Assembly (NCBI GenBank): GCA_036170475.1
Contig: JAVHPE010000126.1
Location: 3,999-67,998 of the forward strand
DNA: 64,000 nucleotides
Reading direction: 5' to 3'
DNA from: Bacteroidia bacterium
Lineage (GTDB): Bacteria > Bacteroidota > Bacteroidia > 2-12-FULL-35-15
A program made the translations under genes and the position numbers. The notes beneath the pieces were generated by a model, which made no database searches, was not told the origin of the DNA, and saw only the letters and a list, made by a program, of their open reading frames with translations. This document shows positions 9,781 through 17,763 of this stretch, piece after piece (position 1 is the first letter of the stretch; each line of letters begins with the position of its first letter).

Positions 9781-11049
9781 TTAATGATCATTTAATGGCA
9801 AACCTCTTTTCTGGTATTCAATCCAATTAAGATATTCATCCCCTTTCCGGTGTTCCACCATGGTAATACAATCATTTACCGGACAAACGATCTTACATAA
9901 ATTACAACCAACACATTCTTCTTCTTTAATTGTATAGGTGTTGTATGGAATTGCTCTTTCCACGGTAATTGCCTGATGAGATGTGTCTTCGCAGGAAATA
10001 TAACATAATCCGCAATGAATACATTTTTCCTGATCGATATTAGCTTCGATATGAAAATTGATGTCCAGCTCTTCCCATCTGGTAATTTTCGGAACGGATA
10101 AACCTATAAAATCATCGATACTTTTATAACCTCTTTCATCCATCCAGTTACTCATTCCATCACATAAGTCGGTAATAATTTTAAATCCATAAATCATTGC
10201 AGCGGTACAAACCTGCACATTACTTGAACCCAGGAGCATAAACTCTACCGCATCTTTCCAGGTGGTTATGCCACCAATACCGGAAATAGGGATATTCCGT
10301 AATTTAGCTTCCTGAGCAAGTGTTGTTACCATTTTCAAAGCAATTGGTTTTACAGCAGGACCACAATATCCACCAAAAACAGACTGTCCACCTACATTTG
10401 GATTTGGAACAAGTGTACCTAAATCAATTCCGGTAACGGATTGTATTGTATTAATTAGTGAAAGTCCATTTGTGCCACCTTCAAAAGCAGCAATTGCACC
10501 GGGAACGGCAGAATGAACATTGGGGGTAAGTTTTGTAATTACAGGAATTGATGCAACTTCCATTACCCATTCAACAACCATTTTTGCAATTTCAGGATCT
10601 TGTCCAACAGCAGCACCCATCCCTCTTTCAACCATTCCATGCGGACATCCGAAATTTAATTCTAATCCGTGAGCACCGGTATCCTGGGCTTTCTTAACCA
10701 GTTCATGCCAGCTTTTTCTGTCGTTATCAGCCATCAACGAAACAATCATAGCACGGTCTGGAAACAGTTTTATCACTTCTTTAATTTCTTTCAGATTTAT
10801 TGCAAGTGGCCGATCCGAAATAAGTTCTATATTATTAAAACCTACTGCTTTTCTTCCGTTATAGCTAAGTGCAGAATATCTTGATGACACATTTTTAACC
10901 TGGGAGCCAAGTGTTTTCCATACTACTCCGCCCCACCCTGCCTCAAATGCACGTAGAACATTTGTTTTTTTATCAGTTGGAGGAGCTGACGCTAACCAAA
11001 AAGGATTGGGCGATTTTATGCCTAGAAAGTTTGATTGTAAATTTGCCAT
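9781..11049 (-). CDS. preA: NAD-dependent dihydropyrimidine dehydrogenase subunit PreA (DHOD-like TIM barrel plus 2x[4Fe-4S] ferredoxin)
   Basis: FLGIKSPNPFWLASAPPT...GWGGVVWKTLG...NFGCPHGM is the DHPD/DHOD fold. The C-terminus CIHCGLCYISCEDTSHQ...CVGCNLCKIVCP has two 4Fe-4S motifs. Confidence 0.85.
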   Translation of the reverse strand: MANLQSNFLGIKSPNPFWLASAPPTDKKTNVLRAFEAGWGGVVWKTLGSQVKNVSSRYSALSYNGRKAVGFNNIELISDRPLAINLKEIKEVIKLFPDRAMIVSLMADNDRKSWHELVKKAQDTGAHGLELNFGCPHGMVERGMGAAVGQDPEIAKMVVEWVMEVASIPVITKLTPNVHSAVPGAIAAFEGGTNGLSLINTIQSVTGIDLGTLVPNPNVGGQSVFGGYCGPAVKPIALKMVTTLAQEAKLRNIPISGIGGITTWKDAVEFMLLGSSNVQVCTAAMIYGFKIITDLCDGMSNWMDERGYKSIDDFIGLSVPKITRWEELDINFHIEANIDQEKCIHCGLCYISCEDTSHQAITVERAIPYNTYTIKEEECVGCNLCKIVCPVNDCITMVEHRKGDEYLNWIEYQKRGLPLNDH

Positions 11050-11141
11050 GTTTTTATTATTTGAAAATTTGTTAATGTGCTAATTTAAAAATTAATATAA
11101 ATCTGATTAAATTCGTGTCGGAAGACAAGCCGAACAGCAAA

Positions 11142-13688
11142 TTATTTCTTAATAAATTTTCTTGATACTATTCCTTTTGAAGTAGCAATTCTTATCATAT
11201 ATATTCCGGGCTTAATATTTCTGATGTCAATACTATTTTTTGCAATCTGTGAATCCAATATCTTTTCACCCATCACATTAAAAATTTCTATCTTATTTTT
11301 TTCAAAATTTGCAAATTGTAAACCTGAAATGGTTAATTGATCATCTGCAGGATTTGGATAGATAAAAACAGCATTATTTTTGCCTGGTTCATTAATACTG
11401 GTAATTGAACTCAGATCCGATTCCCAGATCCCTCTTCCATAAGTGGCTGCCCTTAATTTACCTGCGGAGTATTGAATTTCCAGTTCATTAATAATTACAT
11501 TTGGCAAACCTGTGTTATAATAGGACCAATCACTCATAGAACTGTTTTTGTAATAAACGCCAAAATCCGTTCCAATGTAGAGTCCATCAATACTTCCGTT
11601 TTGGTAAACAATACAATTTACAGGAATATTTGGAAGCGTACCTGAAACATTTATCCATGTTAATCCACCGTCAATTGAATTATAAACCTTGTCACCGTTT
11701 GAGTATCCGGATAACGTTATCCAAACATTATCAGGGTCTGCAGAATTAATTGCAATGCCAGTAATTGCAGCATTATTAACGGGTAGATTTTGAGTAATCG
11801 TATTCCAACTTGTTCCTCCATTGATAGTTCTGAAAATATTTCCAAAGCTGGCAACGTATATATAATCCGTATTGGAAGGAGCAATGGCAACAGAATTCAA
11901 AGTAGCGCCACCATCAATATTGTTTGAAATTGCATTCCATGAATCTCCACCATCATCAGATTTGTAAACATCCTGGTATCCTGCAAAAAGGATTTGAGGG
12001 TTTGTCGGATGCATTACCATAGGAGTAACCCATGCACCAGTAACTCCTGGAGGAGTAATGTCTAAGGAGAAGGTAGTTCCACCATCTGTGGATTTTATAA
12101 AATCTCCTTCGTAAACAGAGGCATAAACAATATAACTGTCAGTATAATCAATAAAACATTCCATTCCGTCACCTTTAAACACATTATCAGAATAAATTCC
12201 ATAGATACGGTCGGTACCATTATCCTGTGCCCCTCCATAAATAAGATTCGGATCAAGTGCTGAACAACCAATGCGATAATATTGTTTTATATCCAATCCA
12301 TTACTTAAATCATACCAGCTAGTTCCCCCGTCCATAGTTTTAAAAATCCCACCATCATTACATGAAAATATAGTAGAACCATCCCCACCTGGCAAAAAAG
12401 TAATAAAATGGTTATCGGCATGTACATAATCTGTTGCATTCCAAGGATACCATTCTGATGTAGTATTCCAAGTGCTTCCACCATCCGCGCTTTTAGCAAG
12501 AATCACTCCCCCTAAATAAATCACATTTTCATCCAGAGGAGAAACTGCAAACGCCCTACCATAATAATCCAAATCAGTCACTAAAGCACTCGGAGAACTG
12601 CCAATATTCCAGGACGCTCCACAGTCTGTTGATTTGTAAAAATCTCCTCCGGTGCACCATAAATAAATAACATTTGAATTGGCGGGAGTAACTTCAATAG
12701 AAGCTCTTCCACCAGCGCAAAAGGTTGCGGAAAGAAGAAACCATGTGACTCCACCATCATTTGATCGATAAAGTCCTCCGTAACTGGATGCAAAAACAAT
12801 ATTTGGATTTGCTGTATTAAATTCAAGATCGTAAAAATCTCCGACCTGCACATTCGTCAATGTTATGGCTGCGTCACTTGATCTGTAAATACCTGTATTT
12901 GTTGCAACAATTAGTATATTTGGATTTACAGGATTAATAATTACTCTTTGAATCAAGTTACTCTGGGCTTGTGTATAATTTAAAGTGGTAGGACTCCAGG
13001 ATGTTCCCCCATCAATTGACTTCATAAGTCCAGCCCTATAATTACCACCAAAGAAACCCGGTATTCCACCCCAAAAACCATATTTATCTCCAGTAGCAAT
13101 GTACATAATATTAGTATTAAGGGGATTAATTATAATTTCAGAAATACTCAAAGCGGGAAGCAGATCCGTATTGGAAGACCATGTGTTACCACCATCAGTA
13201 GATTTCCAAAGTCCTCCGCATACTGAACCAATAAATAATGTGCTGGAATTATTTGGATCGAAGGCCATACAATTAATTCGTCCGGCACCACCACCTCCAC
13301 CGGGAACAATTTGCGGACCTAAAAATGTCCAGTTTGCAGACCTTTCTCCCAAAGATTTTTCAGTTGAATGTTCCGCTTTATATTTGAAATATTCTTTAAC
13401 AAGAATTTCGGGATCAGAAAAATTTCCTGAAGGATAAACACGTTGTTCTGTAAACCACTCCCAACGCTTAAATTGCTGCCATTCACCATCTTTATCCTTT
13501 CCTTTTTTATCTATTACGTTAGCAGATTTTTTTTTCCAATATTCATTGAATATTTTTTGAATATCATAAAAATTTGGTTTGGTGTTGATAATGGAATCGG
13601 TTCCGGCCTTCTTTAGCCATGATTGTGCATTTATTGAAGAAACTGAAACAATAAATGAAAAAAGGATACAAAATAAAGATTTTTTCAT
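11142..13688 (-). CDS. BNR/Asp-box repeat beta-propeller protein (GH74/sialidase-like) with T9SS C-terminal sorting domain
   Basis: Signal peptide present. At least eight S-x-D-G-G-x-T/S-W repeats (STDGGNTW, SIDGGTSW, SNDGGVTW, STDCGASW, SADGGSTW, TMDGGTSW, STDGGTTF, SDDGGDSW, TINGGTSW, SIDGGLTW). The C-terminus FIYPNPADDQLTI...GIYMIRIATSKGIVSRKFIKK is a Por/T9SS CTD. Confidence 0.75.
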   Translation of the reverse strand: MKKSLFCILFSFIVSVSSINAQSWLKKAGTDSIINTKPNFYDIQKIFNEYWKKKSANVIDKKGKDKDGEWQQFKRWEWFTEQRVYPSGNFSDPEILVKEYFKYKAEHSTEKSLGERSANWTFLGPQIVPGGGGGAGRINCMAFDPNNSSTLFIGSVCGGLWKSTDGGNTWSSNTDLLPALSISEIIINPLNTNIMYIATGDKYGFWGGIPGFFGGNYRAGLMKSIDGGTSWSPTTLNYTQAQSNLIQRVIINPVNPNILIVATNTGIYRSSDAAITLTNVQVGDFYDLEFNTANPNIVFASSYGGLYRSNDGGVTWFLLSATFCAGGRASIEVTPANSNVIYLWCTGGDFYKSTDCGASWNIGSSPSALVTDLDYYGRAFAVSPLDENVIYLGGVILAKSADGGSTWNTTSEWYPWNATDYVHADNHFITFLPGGDGSTIFSCNDGGIFKTMDGGTSWYDLSNGLDIKQYYRIGCSALDPNLIYGGAQDNGTDRIYGIYSDNVFKGDGMECFIDYTDSYIVYASVYEGDFIKSTDGGTTFSLDITPPGVTGAWVTPMVMHPTNPQILFAGYQDVYKSDDGGDSWNAISNNIDGGATLNSVAIAPSNTDYIYVASFGNIFRTINGGTSWNTITQNLPVNNAAITGIAINSADPDNVWITLSGYSNGDKVYNSIDGGLTWINVSGTLPNIPVNCIVYQNGSIDGLYIGTDFGVYYKNSSMSDWSYYNTGLPNVIINELEIQYSAGKLRAATYGRGIWESDLSSITSINEPGKNNAVFIYPNPADDQLTISGLQFANFEKNKIEIFNVMGEKILDSQIAKNSIDIRNIKPGIYMIRIATSKGIVSRKFIKK

Positions 13689-13719
13689 GTTTAAGAATGC
13701 TATACATTACTAAAAAATA

Positions 13720-14209
13720 TTTCCCGCAGATTTCGCAAATTTTCGCAGATTTTTTTCTTGGTTAACCCGTTCTATCTATTTGAGATATTTGTAAATTATT
13801 TACTTTCCTATAAATTGAATTTGAAATATTATCGGTATTGAAATTTACTAGTATTCCTAGCTTTTTACCAGACAATTTCAAGTAAGTTAATACTTGTTTG
13901 TGATGTACATCTGCAATTTGTTCTACAGATTTTATTTCAATAATAACTAAATCATTTACTATAATATCTATTCTAAAACCAATATCTAATTTTTCACTTT
14001 CATAAATTACAGGTAAGGCAACTTGTGATCTGACCTCCAGTCCTTTCTTTTTCAATTCGAACATTAAGACCGCTTCATAAACTGATTCCAACAGGCCTGG
14101 CCCAAGTGAATTGTAAACTTTAAAAATAGCACCTCTTATAATGTAAGAAATTTCATTTTCTATCATTTTCTTAATTTTTTCCGCGTAAATCCGTGAAATC
14201 TGCGGGAAA
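13720..14209. mobile_element. inverted-repeat-bounded GxxExxY gene cassette
   Basis: TTTCCCGCAGATTTC at 13720-13734 and its exact reverse complement at 14195-14209 flank the GxxExxY ORF. Confidence 0.5.
13762..14166 (-). CDS. GxxExxY protein (PD-(D/E)XK nuclease-like)
   Basis: 134 aa. GPGLLESVYEAVLMFELKKKGLEV...IDIIVNDLVIIEIKSVE is the canonical GxxExxY family signature. Confidence 0.85.
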   Translation of the reverse strand: MIENEISYIIRGAIFKVYNSLGPGLLESVYEAVLMFELKKKGLEVRSQVALPVIYESEKLDIGFRIDIIVNDLVIIEIKSVEQIADVHHKQVLTYLKLSGKKLGILVNFNTDNISNSIYRKVNNLQISQIDRTG

Positions 14210-15541
14210 CAAATATTCTAAAATCCCTTTTGCTCCATCTTTTCCAGCCTGAACAGCATCCACAACTTCTTTGCCTCCATTTACGGAATCTCCACCGGCA
14301 AAAACTCCTTTCAAATTGGTTTCAGATTTTTCATTGATAGAAATTTTTCCATTTTTATTTTGTACGGACGATTTATTCAGAAGTTCTTCGAATGGCATCT
14401 GTCCTGCAGCTTTAATCACCATATCTACATCAATAGTAAATGTTTCACCCGTATCAACAGGAGCTCTTCTGCCCGAAGCATCAGGATCACCAAGCTTCAT
14501 TTTGTTGCAAACCAATTTTTTTACGTTGCCATTTTCACCAATAATTTCTTTAGGACTAGCTAACCAAATAAATGAACAACCATCAAGTTTCGCTAAATCA
14601 AGTTCCACATCGGTACATGGTTTTTCATTTTCTGTTCTACGGTAAATCATCGTTACTTCTCTTGATCCAAGGCGTTTTGATTGTGTTGCGGCATCAATGG
14701 CAGTCATTCCCATGCCTATAACAGCCACCTTATCTCCAACGGCTGTTGAAGAATAATCATTCGTACGAAGGTCATAAACAAATGAAATAGCATCTACAAC
14801 ACCTTCTAATTTTTCACCCGGAATATCTAATGAACGTGCAATTCCAACGCCTATTCCTAAAAATACCGCGTCATATTTTTTTTGAAGATCCGCAAGTATA
14901 ATGTCCTTCCCTAACTCTTTATTATATTGAACATTAATGCCTCCAATAGAAAGAATATAATCCACTTCATTTTTACAAAACTCAGGAGTAACCTTGTAAG
15001 CTGCCACTCCATAGGTCATTAAGCCACCGCCCTTTTTTTCTTTTTCAAAAATTGTAACATCCACACCTTGCAGAGAAAGTGCGTGTGCACAAGCTAATCC
15101 GGCAGGACCGGCGCCAACAACCGCTGCTTTTTTTCCATTAGAATGATTACGTTCAAAAAGTTTCCATTTTTCCTGAATCGCTTTTTCAGTAACATATCGT
15201 TGAAGTTTAGAGATGGCTATTGGTTTTTCTTCGAGCAAATTAAATACACAAATTCCTTCACACAACTTTTCTACAGGGCAAACTTTTGAGCATCCTCCAC
15301 CCATAATATTGGAAGTAAAAATGGTTTTTGCTGAACCTTTAATATTCCCGGAAGAAATTTGTTTTATGAATAATGGAACGTCAATACTTGTAGGACATAA
15401 TTTAGTGCATGGTGCATCATAACAATTAATACACCTGTCGGCTTCAATCATAGCACCTTCAGCATGTTCAAAAGGGGGATGAACGTCAGAAAAATTTTCT
15501 ATTAAAACTTCTTTTGATAAACGATTGTTTTTGATTGACAT
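14171..15541 (-). CDS. preT: NAD-dependent dihydropyrimidine dehydrogenase subunit PreT (GltD-like)
   Basis: N-terminal Cys cluster CINCYDAPCTKLCP, then Rossmann motifs AAVVGAGPAGLACA and KVAVIGMGMTAIDAA. This is the glutamate-synthase small-subunit-like fold, with preA nearby. Confidence 0.85.
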   Translation of the reverse strand: MSIKNNRLSKEVLIENFSDVHPPFEHAEGAMIEADRCINCYDAPCTKLCPTSIDVPLFIKQISSGNIKGSAKTIFTSNIMGGGCSKVCPVEKLCEGICVFNLLEEKPIAISKLQRYVTEKAIQEKWKLFERNHSNGKKAAVVGAGPAGLACAHALSLQGVDVTIFEKEKKGGGLMTYGVAAYKVTPEFCKNEVDYILSIGGINVQYNKELGKDIILADLQKKYDAVFLGIGVGIARSLDIPGEKLEGVVDAISFVYDLRTNDYSSTAVGDKVAVIGMGMTAIDAATQSKRLGSREVTMIYRRTENEKPCTDVELDLAKLDGCSFIWLASPKEIIGENGNVKKLVCNKMKLGDPDASGRRAPVDTGETFTIDVDMVIKAAGQMPFEELLNKSSVQNKNGKISINEKSETNLKGVFAGGDSVNGGKEVVDAVQAGKDGAKGILEYLFPADFTDLRGKN

Positions 15542-15617
15542 ATTTGAAATTGTATTATTATGAAATTTTTTAATGAATTAAGACAATGCCGTTAAGTTAT
15601 TGAACAATATTTACCCA

Positions 15618-15692
15618 ACGCACAGTCTTCGACAAGTTCTGACTGATCATTGTGCGATGTCACACTGAGCTTGTCGAAGTGTGCGAAGGCAT
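15618..15692. repeat. REP-like palindromic intergenic repeat, family 1, copy 1
   Basis: CACAGTCTTCGACAAGTTCTGACTGA...TCACACTGAGCTTGTCGAAGTGTGCG, an imperfect palindrome with about 26-nt arms. Related copies at 21166-21242 and 58188-58232. Confidence 0.7.
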
Positions 15693-15735
15693 TATAAAAT
15701 TTGTTATTGATATTTTATAAATCTTTATAAAAAAA

Positions 15736-16188
15736 CTACAGCGTTTCTGAAACGGTAGCATCCTTTTTAACTAAAACAGTTTCTTTTGGAGCAATGACTA
15801 AGGCTGTCCCATCAATAACTACTTTTTGATCTTGATTCTTACAAATTGTGCTCAATAAAACCTGATTTCCCTTAGGAAAATCAACTACTTCAATATACGC
15901 AGTAATAATTTCGCCCATCAATACCGGAGCCAAAAATTTCATATTCTGGTTTAAATAAATTGTGCCATTGCCCGGCAAATTTTTACCTATTGCAGCTGAG
16001 ATAAGACTTCCAACTAAAAATCCATGAACAATTTTTTGTTTAAAAATGCTATTTTTCGCATACTCTTCATTAAGATGAATAGGATTATCATCTCCCGAAA
16101 TTTTAGCGAAAACTATGACTTCTTCTTCTGTAATAGATTTAGTAATTTGGGTTTTATCTCCAATTTTCAAATATTTGGTATTTTCCAT
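15736..16188 (-). CDS. MaoC-family dehydratase (hotdog fold)
   Basis: 150 aa. FAKISGDDNPIHLNEEYAKNSIFKQKIVHGFLVGSLISAAIG is the MaoC signature. Confidence 0.8.
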   Translation of the reverse strand: MENTKYLKIGDKTQITKSITEEEVIVFAKISGDDNPIHLNEEYAKNSIFKQKIVHGFLVGSLISAAIGKNLPGNGTIYLNQNMKFLAPVLMGEIITAYIEVVDFPKGNQVLLSTICKNQDQKVVIDGTALVIAPKETVLVKKDATVSETL

Positions 16189-16346
16189 TGTACGTTATTT
16201 TAATTTTCCATTGCGTATTGTTACTGGATTTGCGTAAATATTGGTCATTCGTTTAATCCCCCTAACCCCTCCTTCGGCAAGCTCAGGACAGGCTTTTTCA
16301 AGGGGGAATTGTTCCGTATCCTTAGGGTAGTAGGATGGACATATTA

Positions 16347-17213
16347 TTACAGTTCCGTTAATCTACCGTAGGTTTCAGGTCTTCTGTCTCTGTAAAATTG
16401 CCAGGTACCTCTCACTTCTTCAATCATATCAAGATCAAAGTCAGCAATTAATAATTCGTCTTTATCTTCTGAGGCACAGGCAAATATTTGTCCGCGTGGA
16501 TCAACAAAATAAGAGCTTCCATAAAACTTACCTAAGTTCCAAGGTTTTTCCATTCCAACTCTGTTAATGCAACCCATAAAATAGCCATTTGCAGCTGCAT
16601 GGGCAGGTTGTTCCAATTTCCATAAATATTGCGATAATCCAGCGACCGTTGCAGACGGATTATAAACTATTTCAGCTCCATTTAATCCAAGGCATCTTGC
16701 ACCATCAGGAAAATGTCTGTCATAACAAATGTACACACCTATTTTCGCATATTTAGTTTGAAATACCGGATAACCAAGGTTTCCAGGCTTAAAGAAAAAC
16801 TTTTCCCAAAAGCCTGATGTTTGAGGAATATGATTTTTCCTGTATTTACCAAGATAGGTGCCATCTGCATCAATCACTGCAGCGGTATTATACAAAACTC
16901 CTTCCTGCTCCTTCTCATAGATCGGAACGATAATTACCATGTTGTATTTTTTCGCATACGTTGCCATCAAATCAGTAGTTGGTCCCGGAACAGCTTCTGC
17001 CGAAGCATACCATTTGTTATCTTGTCCCGGGCAGAAATAAGGAGTATTAAATATTTCCTGCAGACATAATATCTGAACTCCCTTTTTTCCGGCTTCCTCG
17101 ATATACGGAATGTGTTTTTGCACCATTGCATTGCAAATTTCTTTAATTGTTCCTTCTCCTTCAGTCATTGGAAGGCTCATTTGAATAAGTCCTGATTTAA
17201 TAATTCTTGCCAT
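16347..17213 (-). CDS. carbon-nitrogen hydrolase (nitrilase superfamily), beta-ureidopropionase / N-carbamoyl-amino-acid amidohydrolase-like
   Basis: 288 aa. Catalytic-triad context: E in LCLQEIF, K in GKYRKNHIP, C in GVYICYDRHFPD. Lies between preT and dihydropyrimidinase. Confidence 0.7.
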   Translation of the reverse strand: MARIIKSGLIQMSLPMTEGEGTIKEICNAMVQKHIPYIEEAGKKGVQILCLQEIFNTPYFCPGQDNKWYASAEAVPGPTTDLMATYAKKYNMVIIVPIYEKEQEGVLYNTAAVIDADGTYLGKYRKNHIPQTSGFWEKFFFKPGNLGYPVFQTKYAKIGVYICYDRHFPDGARCLGLNGAEIVYNPSATVAGLSQYLWKLEQPAHAAANGYFMGCINRVGMEKPWNLGKFYGSSYFVDPRGQIFACASEDKDELLIADFDLDMIEEVRGTWQFYRDRRPETYGRLTEL

Positions 17214-17361
17214 GTGGTTTAGTTTAGAGTTAAAAGTTTAGAGTTAAGAGTTTTTGTTTTGTGTTAAAAAAGTTTTGAGCTATATAGTTTTGAGTTAAAA
17301 GTGTAAATAGTTTTGAGTTAAAAGTTTAGAGTTATGAGTTTTTGTAGTGTGTTAAAAAAGT
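17214..17361. repeat. tandem duplication (about 45-bp units) at the left end of the four-helix-bundle cassette
   Basis: AGTTTAGAGTTAAGAGTTTTTGTTTTGTGTTAAAAAAGTTTTGAGC, then AGTTTAGAGTTATGAGTTTTTGTAGTGTGTTAAAAAAGTTTAGAGTT, with extra GAGTTAAAAGT units. Confidence 0.6.
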
Positions 17362-17752
17362 TTAGAGTTGTTTTGTTAAATATTTTTCTTTTGTTGTAAG
17401 TATAATACTGCTCAGAATTTTCATAAGTTCATTGCAATTATTTATTAAATTAATGTATTCTTCTTTATCTATGAAACCACTATCCGAAAGTAAATTAAGC
17501 CAATATGCCGTTTCTCTTGCTTCTTTTAATGAGATACTCATTTTGTGAATAAAATCTCTTTTTGATTCCCCTGCTAAAGCTTCGTTAATATTGGCTCCTA
17601 TGGAAGTGCCAGAACGTAAAACTTGTTTTGATAAAATAAATTCTCTCTTTTCAGACGATAAATTTTTGTAAAGTTTAATTATTAATAACGCAAAAGCATA
17701 AGATTTCCTTCCAACAATACTATCATTCTGTTTTAATAAACTCATAACTCTA
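17327..17752. mobile_element. inverted-repeat-bounded four-helix-bundle gene cassette
   Basis: TAGAGTTATGAGTTT at 17327-17341 and its exact reverse complement AAACTCATAACTCTA at 17738-17752. The ORF start codon lies inside the right arm. Confidence 0.5.
17362..17745 (-). CDS. four-helix-bundle protein (TIGR02436 / 23S rRNA intervening-sequence protein family)
   Basis: 127 aa. LSKQVLRSGTSIGANINEALAGESKRDFIHKMSISLKEARETAYWL is the family signature. Confidence 0.8.
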   Translation of the reverse strand: MSLLKQNDSIVGRKSYAFALLIIKLYKNLSSEKREFILSKQVLRSGTSIGANINEALAGESKRDFIHKMSISLKEARETAYWLNLLSDSGFIDKEEYINLINNCNELMKILSSIILTTKEKYLTKQL

Positions 17753-17763
17753 CTCTCTTAATT

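Noticed and set aside
12305-13437. ORFs 12305-12499(-), 12581-12853(-) and 13099-13437(+) inside the BNR-repeat T9SS gene
   Set aside because: Alternative-frame or antisense ORFs within a gene whose main frame shows ten Asp-box repeats and a T9SS CTD.
14271-15422. Plus-strand ORFs 14271-14645, 14360-14563 and 15213-15422 inside preT
   Set aside because: Antisense to a well-supported PreT coding sequence.
17214-17361. Possible CRISPR array because of tandem repeated units
   Set aside because: Only about two imperfect 45-bp units with no regular repeat-spacer periodicity and no cas genes nearby. They match the left end of the adjacent cassette instead.
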